Source: Myxococcota bacterium
GTDB taxonomy: Bacteria; Myxococcota; SpSt-1050
DNA: 27,996 nt
Assembly: GCA_049969675.1 (NCBI GenBank)
Contig: JBMFOP010000037.1
Location: forward strand, 1-27,996
Direction of reading: 5' to 3'
Shown: positions 27,359 through 27,996 of the stretch, in pieces
How the letters are laid out: each line of letters opens with the position of its first letter
Numbering within the stretch: the stretch's first letter is position 1
Position numbers and translations under genes: made by a program
Notes under the pieces: model-generated
The model's input: only the letters and a program-made list of their open reading frames with translations
Told to the model about the DNA's origin: nothing
Databases searched by the model: none

Positions 27359-27625
27359 ATGAACAGATTGATTCAGGTTAGAAAGGAAAATAGATTTATT
27401 AAAGTTACATTTCCATATAATCCTCAACTTGTAGAAAAGATAAAAATCATTCAGGGTAGGAGATGGAATCACGGATATTTTGACAGGGTTGGAAATGGTA
27501 AAATAAAAATATCCACACCAGTTGCTGATATCATTCCAAAATGGAAGTATATCCGCACCCCAGGTGCTGATATGAACGAGTTATATGCAATTCGAAAACC
27601 TGCCCTTACAGAAAGGAGACCGTAA
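27359..27625 (+). pseudogene. Probable internally deleted integron-integrase-like tyrosine recombinase relic
   Basis: IKVTFPYNPQLVEKIKIIQGRRWN resembles the HARP-like N-terminal extension of some integron-integrase-like recombinases. No catalytic domain follows, and the rest of the ORF reads through repeat DNA. Confidence 0.45.
27509..27586 (+). repeat. Two imperfect palindromic direct repeats followed by a GTT core (attI-like)
   Basis: ATATCCACACCAGTTGCTGATATC (27509-27532) and ATATCCGCACCCCAGGTGCTGATATG (27549-27574), 40 bp apart, then GTTATAT at 27580. The repeats are certain; the attI role is inferred. Confidence 0.5.
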
Positions 27626-27792
27626 ATTATGATGATGTTGTTGCCTTCGTTTAACTTCATAGGAGAAGGGATAATGAAATTGCTGTGCAACTTTCATTTA
27701 ACGAAAGTTAAACAAAAATTTTTCTTATTTTTACGGGCAGGGGCTTTCTATGAATTTAAAAACAAAAAGAAAAGAAATATTGAGGTAATACG

Positions 27793-27996
27793 ATGACCAA
27801 AGAACAAAAATTTTATAAAGCATTACAAGATGTATTTATCGGAGCAAAGATTGAAGGCACCGGCGGTTTTGTTAATCTTATGATAATAAAATCAAAGTAC
27901 TACCGCAAGATTGAGAGTTTGCTCAAAGATGATATAGAAAAGGCGTTAAAACAATACCCTGCTTTCCGTGAAGAACTTTTTGACAAACTCTACTCC
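27793..27996 (+). CDS. N-terminus of a site-specific adenine DNA methyltransferase (type III R-M Mod-like), truncated by window end
   Basis: RBS GAGGT. MTKEQKFYKALQDVFIGAKIEGTGGFVNLMIIKSKYY...FREELFDKLYS resembles a recalled family of large Mod-type methylases. The catalytic motifs lie outside the window. Confidence 0.6.
   Translation, partial: MTKEQKFYKALQDVFIGAKIEGTGGFVNLMIIKSKYYRKIESLLKDDIEKALKQYPAFREELFDKLYS

Noticed and set aside
27509..27574. Direct repeats considered as a mini CRISPR array
   Set aside because: Only two imperfect units with a 16-bp spacer, and no cas genes in the window.

Overview
AT-rich bacterial chromosomal window, most likely from an anaerobic Myxococcota/deltaproteobacterium. 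This assignment is inferred from SgmX-, MglC- and GltJ/AgmX-like proteins together with a 2-oxoacid:ferredoxin oxidoreductase subunit. In order, the window contains: a ygeY + threonine-synthase-like pair; a [hypothetical]-roadblock(MglC-like)-efp-sgmX-surE-nlpD run; a cobalamin riboswitch-controlled btuB / beta-propeller lipoprotein / btuF operon; a lone porB-type beta subunit with dedA and folP; a small Cys-rich desulforedoxin-like ORF; a tightly coupled minus-strand run clpB - MshEN/REC/TPR regulator - GltJ/AgmX-like protein - DUF1460 amidase - CDF transporter; and an accessory right end with an IS1634 pseudogene, a probable deleted integron-integrase relic with att-like sites, and the start of a DNA methyltransferase. 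Four of the large intergenic gaps hold decayed copies of one IS4-family element. One copy carries a nested IS630 fragment and a GTAG-type REP hairpin. A start-less, GC3-rich foreign gene fragment lies upstream of the riboswitch. No tRNA, rRNA or CRISPR array was seen. All family assignments come from motif recognition by eye, not database searches.
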